Shown here piece by piece: positions 1 through 9,355 of a stretch of 64,000 bases of DNA. The position numbers and the translations under genes are program-made. Position 1 is the stretch's first letter; the number at the start of each line of letters is the position of its first letter. The notes under the pieces are model-generated. The model was given only the letters and a program-made list of their open reading frames with translations, did no database searches and was not told where the DNA came from. The stretch comes from a virus (Duplodnaviria > Heunggongvirae > Uroviricota > Caudoviricetes), in the IMG/VR virus record IMGVR_UViG_3300027747_001395. One strand, written 5' to 3'.

Positions 1-1002
1 GATCTTTTTAAAGGCAAGACTAAATCAGTTAATCGTAAGAAAGAACGGCACGGTTATGATGCTGGAGACGATGAGAAGGTCTACGAAGAAACTGAAGATC
101 TTGATGAACTTTCAAAAACAAAAGTTAGTAACTATCTCAATAAAGCGGCACCTTCGTATGATAAAGCTACTAAGGAAGTAGTTGATGGTTCAGGTTCTGA
201 AGAAGAATATCCAAAATCTATGGGTACAATGTTAAAAAGAGCAGCCGGTGATCGTAATGCTAAATTAAAATTAGCGGGTAAAGCTAAAGTTAATGCTACA
301 AATGAAGATTTGGATGAAGCGGTAAGTGTTTCACATGATCGTTATCTTCGTAGTCATGGAAAGAAAGCAACTGGTAACGGTGCTTGGATTTTTACCAACA
401 AGAAGAATGGCAATATTGATTTAGATGATCACAAGAAATCACATATTGGTAAAGGTACATTTGCTGATGCTTCTAAATCTGCGAAGAAATGGGCAAAAGA
501 ACACGGTCATAGCACAGTCTATGTAGCTGAAAACTTTGATGAAGATTCCGTTCGAACTTATGTTCTAGAAATGGCAGACTTGTCTGGTGAAGAACTACAA
601 GAAGAGCAGATTCAGGATATTGTAGAAGCAATTATTGGTTCAGAAGCTGTAAAGAATCCATATGCAGTAGGTATGGCTGCTGCTATGAAGTCTACTGGTG
701 ATACTCCGCCTCTTAAGAAATCTACTATTAGAAAAGGCCATGAGATCGCTAAGAAACTCACCAAGGAAGATGTAATCAATCGTACTATTGAAAAATATAT
801 CGTTAGTGAAGAAGATCTTCCAACTCCAACCGACCGTCTACTTGCAAAACTTGATGGTCTTTCTGAAGCTCACATTGACACACTTGTAACTGTATTTGAA
901 AATCTCAATGAAGATAATCAAATGAAGATGTTATCAGCCGCAGATACTCATGAGGGTGTTCTAAATCTTCTTGATTTTGCAATTAAGACTAGAGGAGTTT
1001 AA
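1..1002 (+). CDS. Modular prohead core/internal head protein (gp67/gp68 position), 5'-truncated
   Basis: Frame 1 is open from base 1 (DLFKGKTK..RHGYD..DEKVYEE), so the ORF extends beyond the 220 start in the track. Basic modules are separated by acidic (D/E)LxE linkers. It lies directly upstream of gp21. Confidence 0.6.
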   Translation, partial: DLFKGKTKSVNRKKERHGYDAGDDEKVYEETEDLDELSKTKVSNYLNKAAPSYDKATKEVVDGSGSEEEYPKSMGTMLKRAAGDRNAKLKLAGKAKVNATNEDLDEAVSVSHDRYLRSHGKKATGNGAWIFTNKKNGNIDLDDHKKSHIGKGTFADASKSAKKWAKEHGHSTVYVAENFDEDSVRTYVLEMADLSGEELQEEQIQDIVEAIIGSEAVKNPYAVGMAAAMKSTGDTPPLKKSTIRKGHEIAKKLTKEDVINRTIEKYIVSEEDLPTPTDRLLAKLDGLSEAHIDTLVTVFENLNEDNQMKMLSAADTHEGVLNLLDFAIKTRGV

Positions 1003-1004
1003 GT

Positions 1005-1397
1005 ATGGCTAATACACTTCCTGCTGGCGCTAGAATGATTGCAAATAGAAAGAATCTTTCTGCTACGCTTCATTTTACTGCTAATGCTACAATCATTGTG
1101 TCAGGTAATAATTCAGTAAGTCATCTTGCTATTGGTGATGAAGTTCTTACTGGTGCTTCTATTACACAAGTATGGCACGGAAGTCAGGTACAATGGACAG
1201 TAAAACGTGGAGCAAACACTGTAGGTGTCTTTGATTCTACTTCTTATGTTGATTTTGCTGGTAATGGTAATGCTATTAATCTTGATTCTGCTGCAACATT
1301 AGTTGTTTCATTAGATTCTTCTACGGCTAATGGTTATCTTATGATTGAACTACAAAAGATCGGTCCATTTGTGCCTGATACTTATTTCCAAACTTAA
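1005..1397 (+). CDS. Hypothetical beta-rich protein in head assembly locus
   Basis: GGAG RBS; 130 aa; position immediately before gp21. Confidence 0.55.
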   Translation: MANTLPAGARMIANRKNLSATLHFTANATIIVSGNNSVSHLAIGDEVLTGASITQVWHGSQVQWTVKRGANTVGVFDSTSYVDFAGNGNAINLDSAATLVVSLDSSTANGYLMIELQKIGPFVPDTYFQT

Positions 1398-1406
1398 GAG
1401 GATAAC

Positions 1407-2078
1407 ATGAAGCTTATTAGAGAAATTTTTGAAGACGTTCAATACGTCACAGAAGCAAAAGAAGATGGCGGAAAGAACTTCTATATTGAAGGTGTTTTTC
1501 TACAGTCTGCAATCAAAAACCGTAACGGCCGTATGTACCCAGAACATATTATGGACAAAGAAGTTGCCCGCTATATGAAAGAAGCCGTAGATACTAAAAC
1601 TGCTATGGGTGAACTTGGACACCCAAATGGTCCACAGATTAACCTTGATCGCGTTTCTCACCGTATTGTAAGTCTTCGTAAGGAAGGTACTGATTATGTC
1701 GGTAAAGCTATGATTACTAATACTCCAATGGGTAATATTGCCAAGGGTATTATGGAATCAGGTGCTAGACTTGGAGTCTCATCACGTGGTATGGGCTCAT
1801 TGAAGCTCAACAAAGAAGGTGTAAATGAAGTTCAGGGCGATTTTAGATTAGCTACTGCTGCTGATATTGTTGCAGATCCTTCTGCTCCAAATGCTTGGGT
1901 GAATGGTATTATGGAGAATTGCGATTGGGTTTACGACGAACGACTAGGTTGGAAAGCAGTTCAGATTCTTGAAAATACCAAGAAACAAATTGAGGCTGCA
2001 GTTACTTCCAAATCATTAAATGAGAATACTAAACTGAAAATGTTTGAATCATTTTTAAGAAAAATTTCAAAAATCTAA
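1407..2078 (+). CDS. gp21: Prohead protease gp21
   Basis: IEGVFLQ..KNRNGRMY, GELGHP, GVSSRGMGSL, ADIVADPSAP motifs; synteny. Confidence 0.97.
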   Translation: MKLIREIFEDVQYVTEAKEDGGKNFYIEGVFLQSAIKNRNGRMYPEHIMDKEVARYMKEAVDTKTAMGELGHPNGPQINLDRVSHRIVSLRKEGTDYVGKAMITNTPMGNIAKGIMESGARLGVSSRGMGSLKLNKEGVNEVQGDFRLATAADIVADPSAPNAWVNGIMENCDWVYDERLGWKAVQILENTKKQIEAAVTSKSLNENTKLKMFESFLRKISKI

Positions 2079-2121
2079 TAAAGATAAATAACTATAATAA
2101 ATTATCCTAAAGGAGTTACAA

Positions 2122-3162
2122 ATGGAAGAATATGAAAACATTGATGATAGTAATCTTGAAGAAGTTGCTGCTGCCGATACACTTAAGCCTGGCGGTGGTT
2201 CAGGTGGTACAGAATCTAAGGCAGAAATGCTAGCTACTTTTACATCACTTCTTGCACAGCTTGGAAAAGAAGATCTTTCAAGCATCTTTGATGCAGTTCA
2301 AGCTCAGTATGGTCCTAACAACGCTCCAGGTGTGGTTGATTATTCTGCAAAGAATGCTGCCTCACATGATATGAAGCCATCAGCAGCAATAGATAAGGGT
2401 GCATGGAAAGAAGACATTGACGATATGTTCGGTGATGATCTAACTGAAGAATTCCGTGAAAAGGCTGAAACAATTTTTGAAGCAGCTGTAAATACTCGTA
2501 TCAATCTTGAAGTTGCTCGTCTTGAAGAAGAGCTTGAAACTATCACAACCGATCTTGAAGAGCAATTTAATGAAGCACTTGAAGAAAAGTCTGCAGAAAT
2601 ATTTGAAGAACTATCAGATAAGCTTGATCAGTATCTTGATTATGTGATTGAACAGTGGATGGAAGAAAATCAGCTTGCAGTTGAAAATAGTATTCGTTCA
2701 GATATTGCGGAAGACTTTATTAAAGGTCTACAAAATCTATTTGCTGAACATTATATTACTGTTCCAGATGAAAAGATTGATCTTGTTGCAGAAATGAAGT
2801 CTGAACTTGAAGAACTTAAGACAAAGCTTAATGAAACAATTGATTCAAAGCTTGAACTTCAAACCGTTCTTAATGAAGCAGTAATTGAAGCAACACTTGA
2901 TGATGTTTCAACAGGTTTAGTAGAAACACAGATTGACAAATTCCGCACTCTAGCTGAAGGAATTGAGTTTACTGATGCTGACACTTTCAAAAGAAAGCTT
3001 GAAATCATCAAGGAAACATATTTTTCTGGTAAAAAACTTACCTCTTCATCAACAGGTTTAATCACAGAAGAAATTGATGGTACAGACGATTCATTAACTG
3101 AATCAGTACCTGTACATATGCAGAAATACATGCAGGCAATTTCCAAAACAATTTCAAAATAA
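2122..3162 (+). CDS. gp22: Prohead scaffold/core protein gp22
   Basis: Acidic coiled-coil with KAETIFEAAV, LDQYLDYVIEQWM and FIKGLQNLFAEHYI; between gp21 and gp23. Confidence 0.93.
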   Translation: MEEYENIDDSNLEEVAAADTLKPGGGSGGTESKAEMLATFTSLLAQLGKEDLSSIFDAVQAQYGPNNAPGVVDYSAKNAASHDMKPSAAIDKGAWKEDIDDMFGDDLTEEFREKAETIFEAAVNTRINLEVARLEEELETITTDLEEQFNEALEEKSAEIFEELSDKLDQYLDYVIEQWMEENQLAVENSIRSDIAEDFIKGLQNLFAEHYITVPDEKIDLVAEMKSELEELKTKLNETIDSKLELQTVLNEAVIEATLDDVSTGLVETQIDKFRTLAEGIEFTDADTFKRKLEIIKETYFSGKKLTSSSTGLITEEIDGTDDSLTESVPVHMQKYMQAISKTISK

Positions 3163-3169
3163 AGAAAAA

Positions 3170-3177
3170 TATAAATA
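3170..3177 (+). promoter_or_regulatory. T4-type late promoter for gp23
   Basis: TATAAATA 45 nt upstream of gp23 start. Confidence 0.9.
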
Positions 3178-3221
3178 AAGAATAGCTTATAATAAAGCTT
3201 AAAAATAACGGAGAAGAAAAA

Positions 3222-4595
3222 ATGTCATATTTAAATGAAGAAATTCAAAATAAGTGGAAGCCAATCCTCGAGCACGACGATCTTCCATCAATTAAAGATG
3301 CTCACAAGCGCGCAGTTACTGCACAGATTCTTGAGAATACTGAGAATGCAGTTCGTGAAGCACGTGCAGCAATGTCAGGTGGTTTCCTTGGTGAAGCTGG
3401 TCCAACCAACTCAATTGGTAACCCAGATTCAACAAACGCCGGTGCAATTGATACCTTTGATCCAGTACTTATCTCACTAGTTCGTCGTGCAATGCCTAAC
3501 CTTATTGCATATGATGTTTGCGGCGTCCAGCCAATGACAGGTCCAACAGGACTTATCTTTGCTATGCGTGCACGTTATGCTAACCAGACTGGTTCTGAAA
3601 CTTTCTACAACGAAGTTAATACCGGTCAGTCCGCTCGCGGTGGTGCAAACGGTCAGTATACAGATACTGCTGCTGCTTCTGCAACTGCCCTTGGTGGTGC
3701 AAATACAAACGTAGGTACTTACCCAGCTGCTTCAAACAATGCTGGTAACAGTGCATACAACTTTGCTGCTGGTCTTAACACTTCATTCGCTGAAGGTCTA
3801 GGCAACACCCCATCAGTATTCCCAGAAATGGCATTCTCAATCGAGAAAGTTACAGTTTCTGCTAAGACACGTGCTCTAAAGGCTGAATACTCACTTGAAC
3901 TTGCTCAGGATCTAAAGGCAATCCACGGTCTTGATGCTGAAACAGAACTAAGCAATATTCTTTCTGCGGAAATTCTTGCTGAAATCAACCGTGAAGTTAT
4001 TCGTTCAATCGTTATTACTGCTAAGCAAGGTGCAGAATCCGGTACAACAACTGCTGGTATCTTTGATCTTGACACTGACTCAAATGGTCGTTGGTCTGTT
4101 GAGAAGTTCAAGGGTCTTATGTTCCAAGTAGAGCGTGAAGCAAATGCTATCGCTAAGGGCACCAGACGTGGTAAGGGTAACGTAATCATCTGTTCATCAG
4201 ATGTTGCTTCTGCCCTTCAGATGGCTGGCGTTCTTGACTACGCTCCTGCTCTAAACAGCAACAACCTACAGGTTGATGACACAGGCAATACTTTTGCTGG
4301 TGTTCTTAACGGCCGTCTCCGCGTGTACATTGATCCATATGCTGGTTCAAACTACATGGTTGTCGGTTACAAGGGTTCAAGTGCATTTGATGCAGGTATT
4401 TTCTACTGCCCATACGTTCCACTTCAGATGGTTCGTGCGGTTGATCCTAATACCTTCCAGCCAAAAATCGGCTTCAAGACTCGTTACGGTATGGTAGCAA
4501 ACCCATTCGCTGAAGGTCTTACTGCTGGTCAAGGTACTCTTACACAAGATTCCAACAACTATTACCGCCGTATTATTATTTCAAATCTCATGTAA
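3222..4595 (+). CDS. gp23: Major capsid protein gp23
   Basis: DPVLISLVRRAMPNLIAYDVCGVQPMTGPTGLIFAMR, RALKAEYSLELAQDLKAIHGLDAE, FQPKIGFKTRYG. Confidence 0.99.
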   Translation: MSYLNEEIQNKWKPILEHDDLPSIKDAHKRAVTAQILENTENAVREARAAMSGGFLGEAGPTNSIGNPDSTNAGAIDTFDPVLISLVRRAMPNLIAYDVCGVQPMTGPTGLIFAMRARYANQTGSETFYNEVNTGQSARGGANGQYTDTAAASATALGGANTNVGTYPAASNNAGNSAYNFAAGLNTSFAEGLGNTPSVFPEMAFSIEKVTVSAKTRALKAEYSLELAQDLKAIHGLDAETELSNILSAEILAEINREVIRSIVITAKQGAESGTTTAGIFDLDTDSNGRWSVEKFKGLMFQVEREANAIAKGTRRGKGNVIICSSDVASALQMAGVLDYAPALNSNNLQVDDTGNTFAGVLNGRLRVYIDPYAGSNYMVVGYKGSSAFDAGIFYCPYVPLQMVRAVDPNTFQPKIGFKTRYGMVANPFAEGLTAGQGTLTQDSNNYYRRIIISNLM

Positions 4596-4631
4596 GATTT
4601 GGTTTAATAACCAGAAACTTAAATGCATACT

Positions 4632-4662
4632 GGAGGGGAATCGAAAGGTTCCCCTCCTTTTT
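4632..4662 (+). terminator. Rho-independent terminator after gp23
   Basis: GGAGGGGAA-tcgaaagg-TTCCCCTCC followed by TTTTT. Confidence 0.9.
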
Positions 4663-4774
4663 AGTGATAAAGGGGAAATTTTGGATCTAATGGCTTCATT
4701 GATCTGTGGGTTCTTTTTACATCTCTCTGTGCCAATTCAGAATCCAAAATTGTATTCTCAGGTTCTAGTTTCAT
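4661..4774 (-). CDS. Small 37-aa ORF (MKLEPENTILDSELAQRDVKRTHRSMKPLDPKFPLYH)
   Basis: Manually read; AAGGA RBS upstream; fills the gp23-gp3 gap. Confidence 0.4.
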   Translation of the reverse strand: MKLEPENTILDSELAQRDVKRTHRSMKPLDPKFPLYH

Positions 4775-4786
4775 CTAATTTTTCCT

Positions 4787-4794
4787 TATAAATA
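4787..4794 (+). promoter_or_regulatory. Late promoter for gp3
   Basis: TATAAATA in intergenic region. Confidence 0.8.
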
Positions 4795-4845
4795 CCTCAT
4801 ATTGTTACTATAATCATTTTCTAAAATATGTAAATAGGAAACCGC

Positions 4846-5316
4846 ATGTACGATCAAAATAATTTATCGCAACTTAATTTTAAATTGAAGATACCAACTT
4901 TAAATAATCTTGAGTTGAGAGCTCAATCTGTAATTATTCCTGGACTGACATTAGGTCAAGCAATGATTCCTACTCCGTTTGTGAGATTAAGCAATCCTGG
5001 TAATCTTGAATATACCAATTTGCAATTGTCTTTTATGGTTGGTGAAAATCTTAAAGATTATATGGAAATCTTTAATTGGATGGTTCAACTAAGTTATCCA
5101 GATAGATTTGAACAATATCAAGAACGAAAACTTGATGGTAGTGTTTTAATTTTAAATAGTGCATTGAAACCTATTATGGATGTGAGATTTACAGATCTAT
5201 TCCCAATTTCTCTTTCTGATTTAAACTTTGATAGTACTTTATCAGAAATTCAATATGCAACAGCAACAGTGTCACTTCAATTTAATAGATTTTATTTTGA
5301 TGCAATGAGTAGTTGA
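4846..5316 (+). CDS. gp3: Tail completion/sheath stabiliser gp3
   Basis: NLSQLNFKLKI, PGLTLG, ENLKDYMEIFNWM, FTDLFPISLSDLNFD; position after gp23 as in cyanophage-like T4s. Confidence 0.88.
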   Translation: MYDQNNLSQLNFKLKIPTLNNLELRAQSVIIPGLTLGQAMIPTPFVRLSNPGNLEYTNLQLSFMVGENLKDYMEIFNWMVQLSYPDRFEQYQERKLDGSVLILNSALKPIMDVRFTDLFPISLSDLNFDSTLSEIQYATATVSLQFNRFYFDAMSS

Positions 5317-5340
5317 CATTTTATAGAATGTGTATATAAG
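5313..5340 (+). promoter_or_regulatory. Early (sigma70-like) promoter
   Basis: TTGACATTTT ... TATAAG. Confidence 0.75.
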
Positions 5341-5378
5341 AGCGTTATACCAATGTAATATAATATGGAGTATGTGTA

Positions 5379-5897
5379 TTGAAAATTGTTAACTTATGGT
5401 CGGGACCAGGATCAGGAAAGAGTACTACTGCATCTGATTTGTTTGCTCATATGAAGTGGTTAAATATAAACGTAGAATTGGTAAATGAATATGCCAAGGA
5501 AGTAACCTGGGATGAACGATTTAAGATTCTTGAAGATCAACTCTACATTATGGCTAAACAGAATCACAAGCTCTGGAGACTTAAAGGACAAGTTGATTGT
5601 GTTATTACAGACAGTCCTTTAGCTATGTCTCTTGTTTACGCTCAACCAGATTATCTTCCTGGATATTTTAAAAAGCTTGGCCTTGAACTTTTTAATCATT
5701 ATGATAATATCAATATCTTTCTAAAACGAGAGAAGCCATATCATAAAGTAGGTCGTAGTCAGACTGAAGATCAAGCTAGACAATTAGATTCCAAAATTAA
5801 AGATCTCATGCTTGAATTTGAAATTCCCTTTATCGAAGTTCCAGCAAATCAAGATGCTAAATATGTGATCTTTGACATTATTAAGGAACAGCTATGA
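5379..5897 (+). CDS. P-loop ATPase/nucleotide kinase (NadR/AAA_28-like)
   Basis: Walker A GPGSGKST; VITDSPL motif. Confidence 0.75.
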   Translation: MKIVNLWSGPGSGKSTTASDLFAHMKWLNINVELVNEYAKEVTWDERFKILEDQLYIMAKQNHKLWRLKGQVDCVITDSPLAMSLVYAQPDYLPGYFKKLGLELFNHYDNINIFLKREKPYHKVGRSQTEDQARQLDSKIKDLMLEFEIPFIEVPANQDAKYVIFDIIKEQL

Positions 5898-6430
5898 ACT
5901 ATGAACTAATTGATTGCAATGCAGAAGTGTTAAAAGTACCTGTACTAAAGTTTGATTTTTCTATTCCACCAGTGGATCCAATTCAATTAGCATATGAACT
6001 TGCGGGAGCAATGTTAAAACATAATGGTATGGGGCTTTCTGCTAATCAACTTGGTCTTCCATACCGAGTTTTTGCAATCAAAGCAAATCCTGTTATTGTG
6101 TGCTTCAATCCATTTATTGTAGATGAAAGCGCCGACAAGATCTATTTAGATGAAGGTTGTTTATCATATCCTAGTCTCATAGTAAAAGTAAAGCGCTCAA
6201 AGACTATTAAAGTCCGCTATACAGAACCAAATGGTAATGTCGTGACTAAAACCTTGGATGGACTGACTTCTAGAATCTTTCAACATGAATATGATCATCT
6301 TCAAGGTATTAACTTTACAAAGAGGGCAAGCAAGATTCACTTAGAACAAGCACGGAATCGACTAAAGTCTGGTAAACCATTTAAGTCTAAAAATGATATG
6401 GTAACTGCATATCTGAGTGGAGTTATCTAA
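5894..6430 (+). CDS. def: Peptide deformylase
   Basis: All three PDF motifs: GMGLSANQ, EGCLS, QHEYDHL. Confidence 0.95.
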   Translation: MNYELIDCNAEVLKVPVLKFDFSIPPVDPIQLAYELAGAMLKHNGMGLSANQLGLPYRVFAIKANPVIVCFNPFIVDESADKIYLDEGCLSYPSLIVKVKRSKTIKVRYTEPNGNVVTKTLDGLTSRIFQHEYDHLQGINFTKRASKIHLEQARNRLKSGKPFKSKNDMVTAYLSGVI

Positions 6431-6865
6431 GTGAAACTTGATGAAATTTTTGTCTTATGGGAAGTAGACTGTAAAATTGACAAAACCGATCTTACAAATG
6501 AAGCAATCAAGATCCCACAGTTACACCACAAATACTATCGTATATATATTAATGAGAGGCTTACTCTCCGCAAATATGAAACTCAACTTAAGCTCCTCAA
6601 GAAGGACAAGTTTGATTTCTATACCGAAGGACCAACCGAAGAGACTCATGCATTAGGATGGAGACTTCCGCCAAGAGGAAAGATACTCAAGGCGGATGCA
6701 AATGGTTACGTTGAAACTGATAAAGATATTATAGATCTTACTCTAAAGATTGGTCTGCAAATCGAAAAGACTGGTCTGTTAGAATCTATTATTAAATCAA
6801 TTGCCAATCGAAATTTCATCATTACTAATGCTATAGCCTTTGAGAAATTTCAACTGGGGATTTAA
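6431..6865 (+). CDS. uvsY: Recombination mediator UvsY
   Basis: W..DCKID......IPQLHHKY; upstream of uvsW. Confidence 0.88.
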   Translation: MKLDEIFVLWEVDCKIDKTDLTNEAIKIPQLHHKYYRIYINERLTLRKYETQLKLLKKDKFDFYTEGPTEETHALGWRLPPRGKILKADANGYVETDKDIIDLTLKIGLQIEKTGLLESIIKSIANRNFIITNAIAFEKFQLGI

Positions 6866-8319
6866 TGACTGATGTTCATCTAAAATATATAAATGCTGTT
6901 TATGTAAAAGTACTTGCCGAACCATCTATTGTGATGGAACTATCTGAGCATTTTACTTACTTTGCTAACAACTATAAATTTCATCCTAAATTCCGAGCTA
7001 GGCAATGGGATGGTAAAATTAGACTTCTGAATACACTTACATGTGTAATTTATTCAGGTCTTGCTGCACGTATTAAAAAGTTCTGTGATGTTCGTGGCTA
7101 TACATTTTCATTTGATGATGAACTTATCTATCAGAATATAACTGAAGATGAACTTCGAACTCATATTAAATCATTAAACATTCCAGCAAAATATGAAGAG
7201 CGTGATTATCAGAAAGAATCAATTCTGAAGTGTCTTCGTTCAGGTAAGCGAACACTTCTCAGTCCGACTTCATCTGGTAAATCGATGATGATTTATGTTA
7301 TTTCACAATGGTACAAACAAAAAGGTCTGATTATTGTTCCTACAATTGGACTTGTTACACAAATGGAAAGTGATTTTAGAGATTATGGCTATACAGGGAA
7401 GATACACACCTCGATTGGAGGACTTAGTAAAGCTAACAACATTGACGCCGACTTGGTTATTACTACATGGCAATCCCTTAACAACGGAAAGTCAAAAATG
7501 CCCAAAGCTTGGTATCAGCAATTTGGTCTCGTCTTTGGAGATGAAGCGCACGGCTGTAAAGCCACAAGTCTCATTCAAATACTTTCAAGTCTTGAACATT
7601 GTCGATATAGATTTGGTACGACGGGAACGCTTGATGGACAACCTCTTAATGAAGCAACAATTGAAGGCTTATTCGGACCAGTTTATCGAGCAATTTCTAC
7701 AAGAGAGCTTATGGACCAAGGTTATGTCTCCAAGCTCAAGATCAAATGTATTATTCTCAAATACAGCACCGACACATGCAAGTCGGTCAGAGGAAAAACT
7801 TACGCCGAAGAAATTGATTTCTTGGTTAACAACCCAGAGCGAAATAAATTTATTAAAAAGCTCACCTTATCGCTCAAGGGCAACAAACTCTTATTCTTTC
7901 GGATCGTGGATCACGGAAAATCCTTGTACGATGCAATTAAGGCAGACTCCAATAATAACGTATTCTACATAGATGGTAGTGTTAAAGCAGTAGACAGAGA
8001 ACAAATTCGTCATGCTATTGAAGATGAACATAATGCAACATTGATTGCATCATTAGGAACTACCAGTACTGGAGTGTCGATAAATAAACTACACCATATG
8101 ATTGCAGCATCACCTTCAAAATCAAAGATTAAAGTTCTACAATCAATTGGTCGTATGTTACGTATGCATGAATCTAAAGAACATGCTACATTATATGATA
8201 TTGTAGACGACTTATCGGTTAAGTCCTATCAGAATTACACATTGAAACATTTTATTGAGCGATGTAAAATTTATGATGCTGAACAGTTCGAGTACTCTAT
8301 AACTACGGTGGAATTATGA
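6865..8319 (+). CDS. uvsW: DNA helicase UvsW
   Basis: WDGKIRL, SPTSSGKS, GDEAH, RFGTTGTLDG, QSIGRMLR. Confidence 0.96.
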   Translation: MTDVHLKYINAVYVKVLAEPSIVMELSEHFTYFANNYKFHPKFRARQWDGKIRLLNTLTCVIYSGLAARIKKFCDVRGYTFSFDDELIYQNITEDELRTHIKSLNIPAKYEERDYQKESILKCLRSGKRTLLSPTSSGKSMMIYVISQWYKQKGLIIVPTIGLVTQMESDFRDYGYTGKIHTSIGGLSKANNIDADLVITTWQSLNNGKSKMPKAWYQQFGLVFGDEAHGCKATSLIQILSSLEHCRYRFGTTGTLDGQPLNEATIEGLFGPVYRAISTRELMDQGYVSKLKIKCIILKYSTDTCKSVRGKTYAEEIDFLVNNPERNKFIKKLTLSLKGNKLLFFRIVDHGKSLYDAIKADSNNNVFYIDGSVKAVDREQIRHAIEDEHNATLIASLGTTSTGVSINKLHHMIAASPSKSKIKVLQSIGRMLRMHESKEHATLYDIVDDLSVKSYQNYTLKHFIERCKIYDAEQFEYSITTVEL

Positions 8320-8633
8320 CTGAGTATTTAAGTATTAAGTTAGTATCGGGCGAGCAACTAATGGGTGAGCTTGAGGAACCAAATGATGAGTTTATTAATC
8401 TTATAAATCCAGTTGAAATTAGTCAAGGATATACAATAGAAGGTTACAGTCTTATTAAGTTAGCTCCTTTTATGACATGGACTGAAAATGAGTTGTTTAC
8501 ATTTAATAAAAAGTATATTATAGTGACAAGTGTCCCTAATGAAAAGCTTATTACTTACTATAAGCAATATATGGATTCTTTAAATGAGAGTGAATTAAAT
8601 GACAATAAATACGAATTTACCACCAGGCACTGA
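8316..8633 (+). CDS. Hypothetical protein (Sm-like N-terminus) between uvsW and gp55
   Basis: IKLVSGEQLMG..INLINPVEI; conserved syntenic position. Confidence 0.55.
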   Translation: MTEYLSIKLVSGEQLMGELEEPNDEFINLINPVEISQGYTIEGYSLIKLAPFMTWTENELFTFNKKYIIVTSVPNEKLITYYKQYMDSLNESELNDNKYEFTTRH

Positions 8634-9201
8634 ACCATACAAGAAACCCAAAGAACGAACTCACTATGTAGATAACAAAAAGTTATATACAGAAATGATT
8701 GTCTATTTAAATAAGTTAAATACGGCAAAGGAAACAGAAACTACTTTACCTAGAGTTTCAGAATACGTTGGTAAAACAATCTATCTAATTGCAACTAGAC
8801 TTGCAACAAAACCAAACTTTGCAGGCTATTCGTATAAAGATGAAATGATTTCAGATGGCATTGAAAATTGTCTGATGTATCTGCACAATTTTGATCCAGA
8901 TAAGTCTAAAAATCCATTTGCCTATTTCACTACAATCATTTACTATGCCTTTCTTCGGCGGATTGCCCGTGAACAAAAGCAACAGTACATTAAGCAGAAG
9001 AGCTTAATTAATTCGTCTATTCACAATACTCTTGTAGAAATGTCATCTGATGATGCAGCTCACTTTAATGCAGCATATGTCCACCTTGATGATGGTAGAT
9101 CTAACGATTTGATAGCCAAGTTTGAAAAACTTAAAGAATCTAAATCTACAAAAAAGAAGGGTATTGAAAAGTTTATTGGAGAGTTAGAAGATGAACTATG
9201 A
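8599..9201 (+). CDS. gp55: Late transcription sigma factor gp55
   Basis: HYVDNKK, PNFAGYSYKDEMISDGIENC, NFDPDKSKNPFAYFTTIIYYAFLRRI. Confidence 0.96.
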   Translation: MTINTNLPPGTEPYKKPKERTHYVDNKKLYTEMIVYLNKLNTAKETETTLPRVSEYVGKTIYLIATRLATKPNFAGYSYKDEMISDGIENCLMYLHNFDPDKSKNPFAYFTTIIYYAFLRRIAREQKQQYIKQKSLINSSIHNTLVEMSSDDAAHFNAAYVHLDDGRSNDLIAKFEKLKESKSTKKKGIEKFIGELEDEL

Positions 9202-9355
9202 TTCATTACCACCAATTGTTCAGCAGGCAATTTTTTCAATGTTGGATCCTGCTACTCCACCAAATGTGAAGTTCAATAATATGCAGACACTTACTAAAAT
9301 AAGAGATGGCTGTGAAACTGCACTTGCAGCATATACAAAGAAGTATGGCAAATGA
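9191..9355 (+). CDS. 54-aa hypothetical protein
   Basis: Manually read ORF; ATGA overlap with gp47 start. Confidence 0.6.
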   Translation: MNYDSLPPIVQQAIFSMLDPATPPNVKFNNMQTLTKIRDGCETALAAYTKKYGK

